Position numbers and translations under genes: made by a program. A model generated the notes under the pieces. The model had not been told where the DNA came from. It searched no databases and was given only the letters and a program-made list of their open reading frames with translations. A stretch of 24,340 bases of DNA, from contig CALMGJ010000038.1 in assembly GCA_937863565.1 (NCBI GenBank), forward strand, positions 62,001-86,340. Direction: 5' to 3'. Every line of letters starts with the position of its first letter. Positions within the stretch are counted from its first letter, which is position 1. Source of the DNA: an uncultured bacterium (GTDB lineage Bacteria > AUK180). Below are positions 1-8,967 of this stretch, in pieces.

Positions 1-948
1 GGCCTTCATAAGGCCGATATTGCCTTCCTGGATAAGATCAAGAAACGTCATGTTGGAATTCACGAATTTCTTGGCATAAGAGATCACGAGTTTGAGATTG
101 GATTCCGCCATCTTTCTTTTCGCTTCATTGATGATGTTCTGCACTTTTTCGATCTTCCTGTATATCCTTTCTACCTCCCATTTCTTATAATAATCGTCAA
201 TCTCCTCTTCGCTGCTTCGCAGTTTTTTCAGGATCTGGTCGATAAGCCTTTTAAAGAACTGATCGCTCAGATGAAAGCCCATGACGAGCTCATTCAAGCG
301 CTCACGTCTCAATACGATCTCATTTGAATGCCGGACGGAGCCTTCATTCAGAAGTTCAAGGATCTCCGCCCGCAGAGTGCAAACATCCTCGTAGTTCTTT
401 ATAAAACGCTTCATCTCCACTTTTTTATGTTCGGAGTTCATTTCATAGGCGTCCTCGAAGATGATGACCTTCTCAATCTTATCATTGCCTTCGTTCTTCT
501 CCTCCTTGAACCGGCGGTAAAAGAATCCGAGAAAACCGATATTGACCTCGAGCATCGCTATGAGTTTGGCGAGTTCCCGGCGGCCTTTCTCGATCGTCTC
601 GAATGTGGCGATCTCCTCTTCAGGCGACAAGCGCGAATATTTCCCCATATCCTTGAGGTAGAGGATAAGCGGGTTCTTCGAGCGCTGCTTGATCGTCTCC
701 TCCTCGAAGATCATCTGGTTCTTCTCCTCTTCGGAGAGCTGTATCTCGTTGTCCGGGATAAAATAATCCTCTTCGCTGCTGTATTGAAGTGTGATGCTGT
801 TCTTCCCGAGATTCTCGATCAGTTCGTCGACATCATCGATCGTGAACGTAGTGGGAATGAGCTTGTTCAATTCATCATACGTTATCTGATTTTTATTGAG
901 GGCCTTGATCTTTGTGATCACCTTTTCCATTCTTTTAACTTTATCCAT
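1..948 (-). CDS. rpoD: RNA polymerase primary sigma factor (sigma-70), 3' end truncated by the window edge
   Basis: Not in the ORF track; translated by hand from the ATG at 948 ([13 protein letters not shown]...). Region 1.1-like [11 protein letters not shown], region 1.2 [21 protein letters not shown], region 2.1-2.2 [13 protein letters not shown]...[22 protein letters not shown] upstream; 8-nt overlap with the end of dnaG (classic dnaG-rpoD order). Confidence 0.96.
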   Translation of the reverse strand, partial: MDKVKRMEKVITKIKALNKNQITYDELNKLIPTTFTIDDVDELIENLGKNSITLQYSSEEDYFIPDNEIQLSEEEKNQMIFEEETIKQRSKNPLILYLKDMGKYSRLSPEEEIATFETIEKGRRELAKLIAMLEVNIGFLGFFYRRFKEEKNEGNDKIEKVIIFEDAYEMNSEHKKVEMKRFIKNYEDVCTLRAEILELLNEGSVRHSNEIVLRRERLNELVMGFHLSDQFFKRLIDQILKKLRSSEEEIDDYYKKWEVERIYRKIEKVQNIINEAKRKMAESNLKLVISYAKKFVNSNMTFLDLIQEGNIGLMKA

Positions 949-2740
949 CTATATTTCCTCCGATATTTTTCAACAGGTTCTGCATATTGTCGTTAAGATA
1001 CGCCATTCTTTCGAACAGTCCGGCCTCTCCCGTAGTTTTTTTTGCTTTGATCTCGCTGAGTTCATATGTTATCCCGAATATGTTGGCCAGCTTGCCGAAC
1101 CGCCGGAACGTATCGAGGACCTTGGTCCCGCCCTCTTCGCTTTTTTGTTCGCTTTCTAGCATATACCCCGTAAGGGCGGGAATAAAGTCGGACCCGCCGT
1201 TCTCTTCGAGAAAAAAAACAAAAGCGCCGACATTATCATTGCCCAGTTCTATGAAATCCTTAAGAGAAACCACAAGATTATAATGTTCGTGCATGACGAG
1301 GAATTCAGTATTCATGTTCCTGAACTCGTCGCGGCAGGCATCGAAATGGCAGACCGTATAAGACAGAAACCGTGAGAACGCATCATTGAATTTCCGCTTA
1401 TGGTCCGGTTCTTTTTCCTTTTCAGACTCCTTCTCCTTCTTCTCGTATCTTATTTCGCTGAACTTCTGATAATCCTCGAGGATGAACGGCAGTTTATATC
1501 CGAAATAAAAGGTCATTGAATCAAGAAATTCATTTTTATCATCATTGGAAACCATTTTCTTCAATACGGAAAGGGAAGCGCGGTAAGCCTCCTCCTTCGA
1601 CCTTTTATCTGAAAAATCGTGTGTCTTCTTCAAGTATTCGTGAAAGAACACCGCCCAGGTTGGGGAACCGTTCGCCAGCATGAACGATCTCATCTTCTCG
1701 GCGCCGTGTTTTGCGATGAATTCGTCGGGATCCTTTTCGGGAAGTCTGAAGACCTTCCCGTTTATTCCGAATCGGAAAAGTATTTCAATGGCTTTAAATG
1801 CGGCCTTCTCTCCTGCCTCGTCCGAATCAAGAAGGATATTGACAGTGTTCGTGAATCGCTTGATCACATATGCCTGATCTTCCGTAAGCGCTGTTCCCGA
1901 ACTTGCTGCGATATTGCGTATCCCGTTCTCGAAAAGGGCCAAAAAGTCGAAGTACCCTTCTACGAGCACCGCGGATTTCTCCTTTTTAATGTATTCTTTG
2001 GAAAAATTCAGACCGTACAGCATCTTCCCTTTATTATAAATGGGGCTATTGGAGGAATTTATATACTTGGGAACATTCGCCTTATTGTCAATCGTTCTTG
2101 CTCCGAAGGCTATCACATAACCGTTCAGATCAAAGATCGGGAACACAAAACGGGAATTGAGTTTGAAATACGGCTTCCCTTCCTGGCTATATCCGACGAT
2201 ATTGAGGTCCTCAGCGGTTTTTTCCTCGAGATCCTGAGCTCGGCACTCCTTAATGAAGGGTTCCGCATCAAAGGGAATATATCCAAGCCTGAATCTGTTT
2301 ATCGCCTCGTCAGTTAATTTCCTTTTCGTTATAAATGAGATCAACCGGGTATCGTCTTTGCATGCCTTCAAGAGATTCTGATGAAAAAATCTTGCGGCGA
2401 GTTCCGAGATCTTGAGGAATCTTTCATTCTCCGCCCGCCGCGAGCCCCCCGAGATCTCTATGCCAAGTTCCCGGGCAAGTTTCTTTATTGCGTCGATTCT
2501 CGAAATATTATCGAGTTTTTCAACGAAAGTTATCACAGTCCCGCTCGCCCCGCAACCGAAGCAGTGGAAAAGGTTTTTTTCGGCACTTATCGATAAAGAG
2601 GGAGTCTTCGTATCCGCATGGAAGGGGCAAAGAGCGGAATAGTTCTTCCCGGATTTCTTTAAATTCAAGTATCTGCCGGCTATTTCGACAATATTGGCGG
2701 TCCTCAGTATCTGTTCTACCGCCTCGTTCAAGTCCATCAT
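941..2740 (-). CDS. dnaG: DNA primase
   Basis: Zn-binding CPFH...CFGC, KYINS, TOPRIM VEGYFD and DSDEAG, DPDE motif; lies upstream of rpoD. Confidence 0.98.
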   Translation of the reverse strand: MMDLNEAVEQILRTANIVEIAGRYLNLKKSGKNYSALCPFHADTKTPSLSISAEKNLFHCFGCGASGTVITFVEKLDNISRIDAIKKLARELGIEISGGSRRAENERFLKISELAARFFHQNLLKACKDDTRLISFITKRKLTDEAINRFRLGYIPFDAEPFIKECRAQDLEEKTAEDLNIVGYSQEGKPYFKLNSRFVFPIFDLNGYVIAFGARTIDNKANVPKYINSSNSPIYNKGKMLYGLNFSKEYIKKEKSAVLVEGYFDFLALFENGIRNIAASSGTALTEDQAYVIKRFTNTVNILLDSDEAGEKAAFKAIEILFRFGINGKVFRLPEKDPDEFIAKHGAEKMRSFMLANGSPTWAVFFHEYLKKTHDFSDKRSKEEAYRASLSVLKKMVSNDDKNEFLDSMTFYFGYKLPFILEDYQKFSEIRYEKKEKESEKEKEPDHKRKFNDAFSRFLSYTVCHFDACRDEFRNMNTEFLVMHEHYNLVVSLKDFIELGNDNVGAFVFFLEENGGSDFIPALTGYMLESEQKSEEGGTKVLDTFRRFGKLANIFGITYELSEIKAKKTTGEAGLFERMAYLNDNMQNLLKNIGGNIDG

Positions 2741-2745
2741 ACTGG

Positions 2746-2774
2746 AGGATAAGACAAAAGCTCTAAAATGTCAA
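2746..2774 (-). promoter_or_regulatory. sigma-70 promoter for dnaG-rpoD (probably leaderless)
   Basis: Minus strand TTGACA (2774-2769), 17 nt, TATCCT (2751-2746), 5 nt, then ATG at 2740; no SD. Confidence 0.65.
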
Positions 2775-2792
2775 TATTAACGGAAAAAAAAT

Positions 2793-2821
2793 TTGAAATA
2801 AATAAGGAAATTTTATAAAAT
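2793..2821 (+). promoter_or_regulatory. sigma-70 promoter for the hypothetical gene/tRNA-Arg/tRNA-Glu unit
   Basis: TTGAAA (2793-2798), 17 nt, TAAAAT (2816-2821); divergent from the dnaG promoter. Confidence 0.55.
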
Positions 2822-2839
2822 GTAAATTATGGTGCAACT

Positions 2840-3247
2840 ATGACCGGATATTTAAACGAAAAAGAAGAACGAGAACTGCGGGAGAAGATACGGCACGAGC
2901 TCATTGAAATAGAGAATAAAAAGGCTGAAATGGAAGGCTCCGGGAAGAACCTTGATTCCCATGTTCTCGAGGTGGAAAAAAAGAGGATCAAGAACGAGGA
3001 GATCGAGAAATTCTATACTGAAAAGGGCTATAAGAAATACATTAACCATTACGGCATGACGGAATGGCTTCTTCCCGATGAATTCAACAGAAGGATGGCG
3101 CGCAAGGAAAAATCCTTGAAGAGAAAGAACTCCTCTAAAAAGAAGCAGATGCTTAACACGATCCTTCTGATGGTCATCATAGTGATACTTGTGATGGTGA
3201 TCGGCGTGATCATCATAAAATATACGAACGTAGTTACATCGAGGTGA
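2840..3247 (+). CDS. hypothetical protein, charged coiled-coil with C-terminal transmembrane anchor
   Basis: 135-aa ORF, E/K-rich, with a basic stretch followed by a hydrophobic helix (ILLMVIIVILVMVIGVIII); fills the gap between the promoter and the tRNAs. Confidence 0.75.
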   Translation: MTGYLNEKEERELREKIRHELIEIENKKAEMEGSGKNLDSHVLEVEKKRIKNEEIEKFYTEKGYKKYINHYGMTEWLLPDEFNRRMARKEKSLKRKNSSKKKQMLNTILLMVIIVILVMVIGVIIIKYTNVVTSR

Positions 3248-3251
3248 AAAC

Positions 3252-3328
<77 letters not shown>

Positions 3329-3335
3329 GAAATAC

Positions 3336-3407
3336 GGCGCATTCGTCTAGGGGTTAGGACGGAGGATTCTCAGTCCTTAAACAGGGGTTCGATTCCCCTA
3401 TGCGCTA
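3336..3407 (+). tRNA. tRNA-Glu (anticodon CTC), no encoded CCA
   Basis: Acceptor GGCGCAT/ATGCGCT, Glu-type D arm (GTCTAGGGGTTAGGAC), anticodon stem GAGGA/TCCTT with loop TT-CTC-AG, T arm AGGGG-TTCGATT-CCCCT; followed by A-CTT rather than CCA. Confidence 0.94.
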
Positions 3408-3417
3408 CTTTATTTTT

Positions 3418-4290
3418 ATGCCTTTCAAGGTTTCGATAGTAGTTCTTGCTTATAATAATCCCGATCTTCTGAAGATGTGCTTGGAACACATCAGCCTCAA
3501 TGAAGTCGAAAAAGAGATCATTGTCATAGACAACGCATCATCACCGCCGCTTGATGCTTTCAAAGAAATGTACCCGGAAATGATCTATATAAGGCTGAAT
3601 CAACCGAAGGGCTTCGGTGCTGCGAACAATATCGGGATCCAAAGATCAACGGGGGAAGTCGTTCTGATCCTGAACAATGATTGCTTCATCGGGAAAGATA
3701 CCCTTAAAATCCTTTCCGGCCGCATAGAAGGGGACAACGGGTGCGGCGCGGTCGGCCCGAAGATATTCGGAAGGAACGGGCGTATCCAGTTCCAGTGCCG
3801 AAGGGGAGAGCAGACGCCTTTTTCCATGATGCTCTACGGCTTCGGGCTTTACAGGATATTCCCGCGGAACAGGACCATCGGGAAATACCCGCTCTCATAT
3901 ATCGACGATGATGCGGAGCAGGCGGTTTTCTGTCTCTCCGGAAGCTGTATGATGGCCAGGCGCGATGTTCTTGAAGCGGTGAAAGGCTTCGATGAAAGGT
4001 TCATCGCCTACAGTGAGGAGATAGACCTTTGCAAAAGGATCTCGAAACACGGATATAAAATAATCTATTACCCCCGCAATTCCGTTCTCCACCTCGGCGG
4101 GGCAACTTATATGAACGTTCCTCTGCGTTCGCTGTACCTTCTTCATTCCTCTTATCTTAAATACGCTCGCAAGCATTTCGGCAGGGACATTTTTACCGTA
4201 TATTTCTATCATTTCATCGTGCTTTTCGGTTTTCTGTTCAAACTGGTCCCGGCCGTTTTAAGGAAGATCTCGAAAAGGAAGAAAAAATAA
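3418..4290 (+). CDS. GT2 family glycosyltransferase (WbbL/rhamnosyltransferase-like)
   Basis: VSIVVLAYN, VIDNAS, GFGAANN, LNND (DxD-like), GSCMM, GFDERF..YSEEIDLCKR. The track start (3400) lies inside tRNA-Glu, so the ATG at 3418 is preferred. Confidence 0.9.
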   Translation: MPFKVSIVVLAYNNPDLLKMCLEHISLNEVEKEIIVIDNASSPPLDAFKEMYPEMIYIRLNQPKGFGAANNIGIQRSTGEVVLILNNDCFIGKDTLKILSGRIEGDNGCGAVGPKIFGRNGRIQFQCRRGEQTPFSMMLYGFGLYRIFPRNRTIGKYPLSYIDDDAEQAVFCLSGSCMMARRDVLEAVKGFDERFIAYSEEIDLCKRISKHGYKIIYYPRNSVLHLGGATYMNVPLRSLYLLHSSYLKYARKHFGRDIFTVYFYHFIVLFGFLFKLVPAVLRKISKRKKK

Positions 4291-4401
4291 CTTCAGTTAC
4301 TATTTTGAATCTCATGCATTTTTTTAAATAGAACGCGGTAATTATTTTAATCAAACATATGATTTGTCCCTCCAAATCAGTGGAAATGAAAGAAAATCCA
4401 G

Positions 4402-4430
4402 TTGACTTTTTTTTAAAAAATACTTATAAT
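4402..4430 (+). promoter_or_regulatory. strong sigma-70 promoter for tRNA-Val/tRNA-Asp
   Basis: TTGACT (4402-4407), 17 nt, TATAAT (4425-4430), 18 nt before tRNA-Val. Confidence 0.8.
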
Positions 4431-4448
4431 GCAAATTGCTCATTTATA

Positions 4449-4525
4449 GGGCGGATAGTTCAGTTGGTTAGAACGCATGCCTTACACGCATGAAGTCGCA
4501 GGTTCGAATCCTGCTTCGCCCACCA
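4449..4525 (+). tRNA. tRNA-Val (anticodon TAC)
   Basis: Acceptor GGGCGGA/TTCGCCC, anticodon stem CATGC/GCATG with loop CT-TAC-AC, TTCGAAT loop, encoded A-CCA. Confidence 0.97.
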
Positions 4526-4541
4526 TAGTTCAATTTTTTGC

Positions 4542-4618
4542 GGGGGTGTAGTTCAATTGGTTAGAGCACCTGCCTGTCACGCAGGAAGTTGCGGGTTCGA
4601 GCCCCGTCACTCCCGCCA
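4542..4618 (+). tRNA. tRNA-Asp (anticodon GTC)
   Basis: Acceptor GGGGGTG/CACTCCC, anticodon stem CCTGC/GCAGG with loop CT-GTC-AC, TTCGAGC loop, encoded G-CCA. Confidence 0.97.
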
Positions 4619-4675
4619 TATAGATCCATAGGATTTTATTCATAAAAAGTGATTTTCAGAAGTTAATTTGTGAAG

Positions 4676-4695
4676 AAGGCAAACTGCTTTGCCTT
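4676..4695 (+). terminator. possible weak terminator/processing hairpin after the tRNA pair
   Basis: Perfect 8-bp stem AAGGCAAA-CTGC-TTTGCCTT; poor U-tail. Confidence 0.3.
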
Positions 4696-4745
4696 TGAGG
4701 AGATATATCTTCGAAATACTATACCCGCATAGAACGATATTAAAA

Positions 4746-4773
4746 TTGAAATATTGTGAAAATGCATTATAAT
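4746..4773 (+). promoter_or_regulatory. putative sigma-70 promoter of the ZIP transporter
   Basis: TTGAAA (4746-4751), 16 nt, TATAAT (4768-4773). Confidence 0.5.
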
Positions 4774-4793
4774 ATTAGAAAAATGGGGTGCCG

Positions 4794-5537
4794 ATGAAAC
4801 TTTTATACGCGCTCATTGCCAGTATTATTGTAAGTCTGGTATCATTCGTTGGAATATTGGTCGTTCTTATAAAAGAGAATCTGCTGGAAAAGATCAAGAT
4901 CGTCCTTATCGCTCTCGGCGCGGGCGGCCTCATAGGCGGAGCTTTCGTGCACCTGCTGCCTGAAGCTCTCGAGAAATCCGGGGATCCGGATGTATCGCTT
5001 TTATTCCTTCTGATGGGCTTTGTCCTGTTCTTCTTTCTTGAGAGGTTTTTATTCTGGCGCCACTGTCATAAAGGGAAATGCGACATTCATGTCTTCACAT
5101 ACCTCAATCTTATAGGGGATGGGGTCCATAATTTTATAGACGGACTGATAATAGGCGGAGCTTTTTTTGTGGATATACATTTCGGCATTATTACGACTGC
5201 TGCAATCACGATGCACGAAATCCCGCAGGAACTAGGTGATTTCGGAGTGCTTGTATACGGAGGTTATTCCGTAAAAAAAGCACTGATCCTGAATTTCTTT
5301 ACGGCCCTGACAGCCATAGCCGGAACATTCTTCGGCTATTTCTTTTCGAACAGCAATGAGCTTTTCCTTATGGGGCTTCTTCCTTTCGCTGCCGGCGGCT
5401 TCATCTATGTAGCGGCCTGTGATCTGATCCCTGCGCTGCACAAAGAACAGGATAAAAGGATATCTCTTCTCAATATGGCGATGTTCCTTATCGGGATCTT
5501 CCTTATGTACGGAACGAAGATCGTTTTCGGACACTAG
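4794..5537 (+). CDS. ZIP (ZupT-like) divalent metal transporter
   Basis: Multiple TM helices; HLLPEA, His/Cys loop HCHKGKCDIH, HNFIDG and HEIPQELGDFG signatures. Start is ATG 4794 (an in-frame GTG at 4788 is possible). Confidence 0.93.
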   Translation: MKLLYALIASIIVSLVSFVGILVVLIKENLLEKIKIVLIALGAGGLIGGAFVHLLPEALEKSGDPDVSLLFLLMGFVLFFFLERFLFWRHCHKGKCDIHVFTYLNLIGDGVHNFIDGLIIGGAFFVDIHFGIITTAAITMHEIPQELGDFGVLVYGGYSVKKALILNFFTALTAIAGTFFGYFFSNSNELFLMGLLPFAAGGFIYVAACDLIPALHKEQDKRISLLNMAMFLIGIFLMYGTKIVFGH

Positions 5538-6376
5538 GCATCTTTAAAAATGAAATGAGTAAGATCGTGAACGGGGATGAAGCCGACTTTTGAGTATATG
5601 AAATTCGAGACCGGATTGCCCAGGTCTGTATATATCAGTATATAACGGTATTCCGATAACATTTTACCGCAAATCGCATAAACGGCTTCATAAGCATAAC
5701 CTCTTTGGCGCTCTTCCGGCGGCGTGTATACGAGATTTATCGTTATGCTGTTCTTTGTAGGCCTTGCGCAGGAAGCCATAGATACGGGTCCTCCGTCATC
5801 CCATATATAGAGCATCCCGTCATTCGTCTTCCTCTCAACGAGATCGCGCGACTTCTCCCGGTCATCCGGCTCCCCGATATCGCTCTTGAAGCTCTCTGCC
5901 CAGTCTGTAAGAAGCGGGCTATCGCCTGGTTCGGCCTTTCTTAAAAAACCGTCCGCCCGGGGTTCATGGGGATCAAGAACGCGAAGGGAGTGGAGACGCT
6001 CCTCCCTGAATACCTTGAGCGGCCTGTGCGAAAGGCCGGAACATTTCTCCATCAGGATGCCCGAGAAGTCCTTCCTGCAGAGGAAGCCGGAAATATTCTT
6101 TCCCGAAGAGAAGATATCCTTTAAGAACAGTTCCGCGATCTCAACATTTGCGGGAGTGCTTGGAGAAACGATGAGAGGATGAGGCGGCGTAGCGATCAGG
6201 GCGGATAAGGTCTCCATGCCGTCCTTTATAACGGCCAGGTAATGATCATTGTAAATGCCGTCGCGCACCGCCTTCAGTATCCCGGCCTGAAGAGAATTAG
6301 CGATCTCGTTCCGCGAGAAATATTCCCGCGTAAGTTCGTAAAAGAGAGTGGGTGCATTGATCCTTATCAGCTCCAT
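5534..6376 (-). CDS. GNAT family N-acetyltransferase (C-terminal GNAT/FR47-like domain)
   Basis: VYTPPEERQRGYA acetyl-CoA motif and LYTDLGNPVSNFIYSKVGF. Confidence 0.9.
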   Translation of the reverse strand: MELIRINAPTLFYELTREYFSRNEIANSLQAGILKAVRDGIYNDHYLAVIKDGMETLSALIATPPHPLIVSPSTPANVEIAELFLKDIFSSGKNISGFLCRKDFSGILMEKCSGLSHRPLKVFREERLHSLRVLDPHEPRADGFLRKAEPGDSPLLTDWAESFKSDIGEPDDREKSRDLVERKTNDGMLYIWDDGGPVSMASCARPTKNSITINLVYTPPEERQRGYAYEAVYAICGKMLSEYRYILIYTDLGNPVSNFIYSKVGFIPVHDLTHFIFKDA

Positions 6377-6381
6377 GTAAT

Positions 6382-6387
6382 ATTATA
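6382..6387 (-). promoter_or_regulatory. -10 element directly before the GNAT start (probably leaderless)
   Basis: Minus strand TATAAT-attac-ATG; no SD, no clear -35. Confidence 0.55.
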
Positions 6388-6453
6388 ACTGAAAATGAAA
6401 AAAAGAAAAAACCTGCGGCACTGAGAAAAAATGGAACAATACCGATAAAATGC

Positions 6454-6482
6454 TTGCATGTATCCCTCATCGAATGTATAAT
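6454..6482 (+). promoter_or_regulatory. sigma-70 promoter of the L,D-transpeptidase gene (probably leaderless)
   Basis: TTGCAT (6454-6459), 17 nt, TATAAT (6477-6482), cgatt, ATG 6488; no SD. Confidence 0.7.
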
Positions 6483-6487
6483 CGATT

Positions 6488-7531
6488 ATGAGAAAGAACC
6501 TTTTCAGCCCTCTGTTCATTGTTGCCATGATCATATTTGCTGTGACAGTTCACGCAGCCACACCTGAAGAAATATTGAAAAAAATAGACGGCATTATATC
6601 ATCGCGCGCCGCCGGCTGGTGCAAAGACAAGATCTCATATCCTCCCGACTGCGTGGTCATCAGGATATTCAAGGCCGAAGGAAGGGCGGAGATCTGGGCC
6701 AAGGATGCCGGCATGGAGGAAACGGTCCTCATAACCGAATTGGATGTCTGCTCAATGGATTTCAAACCCGGTCCGAAATTGAGAGAGGGCGACGGAAAAA
6801 CACCGGAGGGCTTCTACAATGCGGAATTCGCGTATCAAAGCAGTTCATGGTGGATGTGGATCGATCTCGACAAGCCAAAAGACCGAGGTATTACAGGCAG
6901 GGGCTCCTGCTTCAAGATAGATATCGAATATCCGAATGCGCTTGACGTGAAAAGGACCCGCGAAGCAGGCGGCGGGCGTCCCGGAGGCGAGATAAGACTG
7001 CATGGCAATTGTGTAACGGCGGGATGCATCTCGTTCTTGAATCTCGACTTTCTGCCCGTTTTCGCTTTTGCCCGGCATCATGCCGAGACAAGATACGGAA
7101 AGGTCCAGATACAGATCTTCCCGTTCAGGTTCGAGACTGCCGATGAAAGGAAACGAAGGGAATATGCGGAAGAATACTGTCATAAGAAAGCATTCGGAAT
7201 AGAAAAACTGCTCCGTTTCTGGAAGGGACTCGAAGTAGGGTATACGATGTTCAATCATACGCATATGCCGCTTAAAACGGACTTATCGGGAAAGAGGATC
7301 AAAGACGGCTATGCTTCCAATGCGGTCACCGACATCAAAACTTTTCTTCTCTCGCGGGGATATTTTTCAGGCATTGCGGATGAGATGGCATCTTCCGGCC
7401 TCAGGGAGGCCGTAAAACGGTTCCAGGAGAGAAACAGTCTTGCGTCAGACGGAGTGATCGGCCCGGCAACGCTTTCGAAGATGCGCTCCCTTGGCCTTGA
7501 AGCGGTTATCGAATATCAGTTCAAGTACTGA
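6488..7531 (+). CDS. secreted YkuD-fold L,D-transpeptidase/peptidase (YafK-like) with C-terminal peptidoglycan-binding domain
   Basis: Signal peptide ending VHA-A; GPKLREGDGKTPEGFY; IEYPN; catalytic GGEIRLHGNCVTAGC; C-terminal AVKRFQERNSLASDGVIGPATL (PG_binding_1 pattern). Confidence 0.88.
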   Translation: MRKNLFSPLFIVAMIIFAVTVHAATPEEILKKIDGIISSRAAGWCKDKISYPPDCVVIRIFKAEGRAEIWAKDAGMEETVLITELDVCSMDFKPGPKLREGDGKTPEGFYNAEFAYQSSSWWMWIDLDKPKDRGITGRGSCFKIDIEYPNALDVKRTREAGGGRPGGEIRLHGNCVTAGCISFLNLDFLPVFAFARHHAETRYGKVQIQIFPFRFETADERKRREYAEEYCHKKAFGIEKLLRFWKGLEVGYTMFNHTHMPLKTDLSGKRIKDGYASNAVTDIKTFLLSRGYFSGIADEMASSGLREAVKRFQERNSLASDGVIGPATLSKMRSLGLEAVIEYQFKY

Positions 7532-7562
7532 CCGGGATTCAGTCCTATTACCGATTAAATAT

Positions 7563-7590
7563 TTGAAAAAAAACGGAAAAAGGATAAAAT
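7563..7590 (+). promoter_or_regulatory. sigma-70 promoter of the radA operon (probably leaderless)
   Basis: TTGAAA (7563-7568), 16 nt, TAAAAT (7585-7590), agaac, ATG 7596. Confidence 0.55.
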
Positions 7591-7595
7591 AGAAC

Positions 7596-8939
7596 ATGGC
7601 CAAGATAAAAACGTCCTATATCTGTCAGGAATGCGGTTATATATCCCCGAAATGGCTCGGCCAATGCCCGGAATGTAAAAATTGGAACTCATTCAACGAG
7701 GAAAAAACACGGGAATCGAAAACGGCGCGCAAATTACCTTCCGCAGCACCCGCGATGAAATTAAGCCAGATCAAAAATATCAGTTATGACCGCATCACTT
7801 CGGATATTTCGGAATTCGACAGAATGATAGGAGGAGGGTTCATTCCCGGCGAGGTCGTTCTTCTGGCCGGTGAACCGGGCATCGGGAAATCAACTATATT
7901 GATGCAGATAGCACGCAATATCTCCTCAAAAAAGATAAAAACGGTCTATGTCTCTTCCGAAGAATCGCTTGAACAACAGAAGGTGCGCGCCGAGCGCCTG
8001 AATATCTCCGGGGACGATATCTATTTCATGTCCGAGACGGCCATAGAGCTCATCATGGGGCAATTGGAATCCATCAACCCCGATCTTATCGTGATAGACT
8101 CCATTCAATCATGCTACAGCGCCGATCTTGAATCGGCTCCGGGAACGGTTTCCCAGGTCAGGGAAGTGGCCATGCGCATAATCGACTTCGCCAAAAGACG
8201 CAATACCGTGGCGGTCATCGTGGGGCATGTCACTAAGGAAGGAGTGTCTGCCGGACCGAAAACGCTGGAACATATGGTGGATGCGGTCCTGTACTTCGAA
8301 GGTGACAGACATCACCAGTTCAGGATCATCAGACCGTATAAGAACAGGTTCGGCTCCACATCCGAGATAGGACTTTTCGAAATGCGCTCAGAAGGATTGT
8401 TCGAGATCGACAATCCGGCATCGTTTCTGATCAATGAAAGACCGGTCAATTCCCCGGGGTCTGTCATATCGGTAATAAACGAAGGCACGCGCGCCATTCT
8501 GATCGAAGTGCAGGCATTGGTCACTCCCTGCAAGTTCGGCATACCCAAAAGGCTCACCCTCGGTTACGATGCGCAGAGGATACTCATGATCGTGGCCGTT
8601 TTGGAAAAGATCGGGGGGTTCTTTCTTTCCGGCGAGGATATTTTCGTAAATTTAATAGGCGGAATAAAGGTCCGCGAGCCTGCCGTAGACCTTGCAGTTG
8701 CCGCGGCCGTTATTTCTTCTTTCAAGAATAAACTTCTCAATCCCGGCGCGGTGATCATGGGTGAGGTGGGCTTGACAGGAGAAGTAAGGAGCATACCCCG
8801 CCTCGAAGAGCGGCTGGCACAAGCGCGCAAACTCGGGTTCGAGACCTTCTTTGCGCCGAAGAGCAATACTGCGGATATAAAGAATAAAAAGGGCCTCAAA
8901 GGCATCAGGAACATAAAAGAGTTCATAGAGGGAGTATGA
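7596..8939 (+). CDS. radA: DNA repair protein RadA/Sms
   Basis: C4 Zn finger CQECG...CPEC, Walker A GEPGIGKST, IDSIQ, KNRFG motif, Lon-like C-terminus GEVGLTGEVR. Confidence 0.98.
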   Translation: MAKIKTSYICQECGYISPKWLGQCPECKNWNSFNEEKTRESKTARKLPSAAPAMKLSQIKNISYDRITSDISEFDRMIGGGFIPGEVVLLAGEPGIGKSTILMQIARNISSKKIKTVYVSSEESLEQQKVRAERLNISGDDIYFMSETAIELIMGQLESINPDLIVIDSIQSCYSADLESAPGTVSQVREVAMRIIDFAKRRNTVAVIVGHVTKEGVSAGPKTLEHMVDAVLYFEGDRHHQFRIIRPYKNRFGSTSEIGLFEMRSEGLFEIDNPASFLINERPVNSPGSVISVINEGTRAILIEVQALVTPCKFGIPKRLTLGYDAQRILMIVAVLEKIGGFFLSGEDIFVNLIGGIKVREPAVDLAVAAAVISSFKNKLLNPGAVIMGEVGLTGEVRSIPRLEERLAQARKLGFETFFAPKSNTADIKNKKGLKGIRNIKEFIEGV

Positions 8940-8967
8940 GCGATATCGCTCAACGGAAGGTGAAAGT

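Noticed and set aside
328..996. 222-aa + strand ORF
   Set aside because: Antisense shadow of rpoD; no recognisable motifs.
1619..2317. 232-aa + strand ORF and other ORFs opposite dnaG
   Set aside because: Antisense shadows of a conserved gene; the same applies to the many short antisense ORFs across the window.
3400..3417. ORF-track start of the glycosyltransferase
   Set aside because: ATG lies within the tRNA-Glu acceptor stem; 3418 fits the GT2 N-terminus.
4660..4785. CRP-like TGTGA half-sites or a Zur/Fur box upstream of the ZIP gene
   Set aside because: No matching TCACA at N6 spacing; the resemblance to Fur/Zur boxes is loose in AT-rich DNA.
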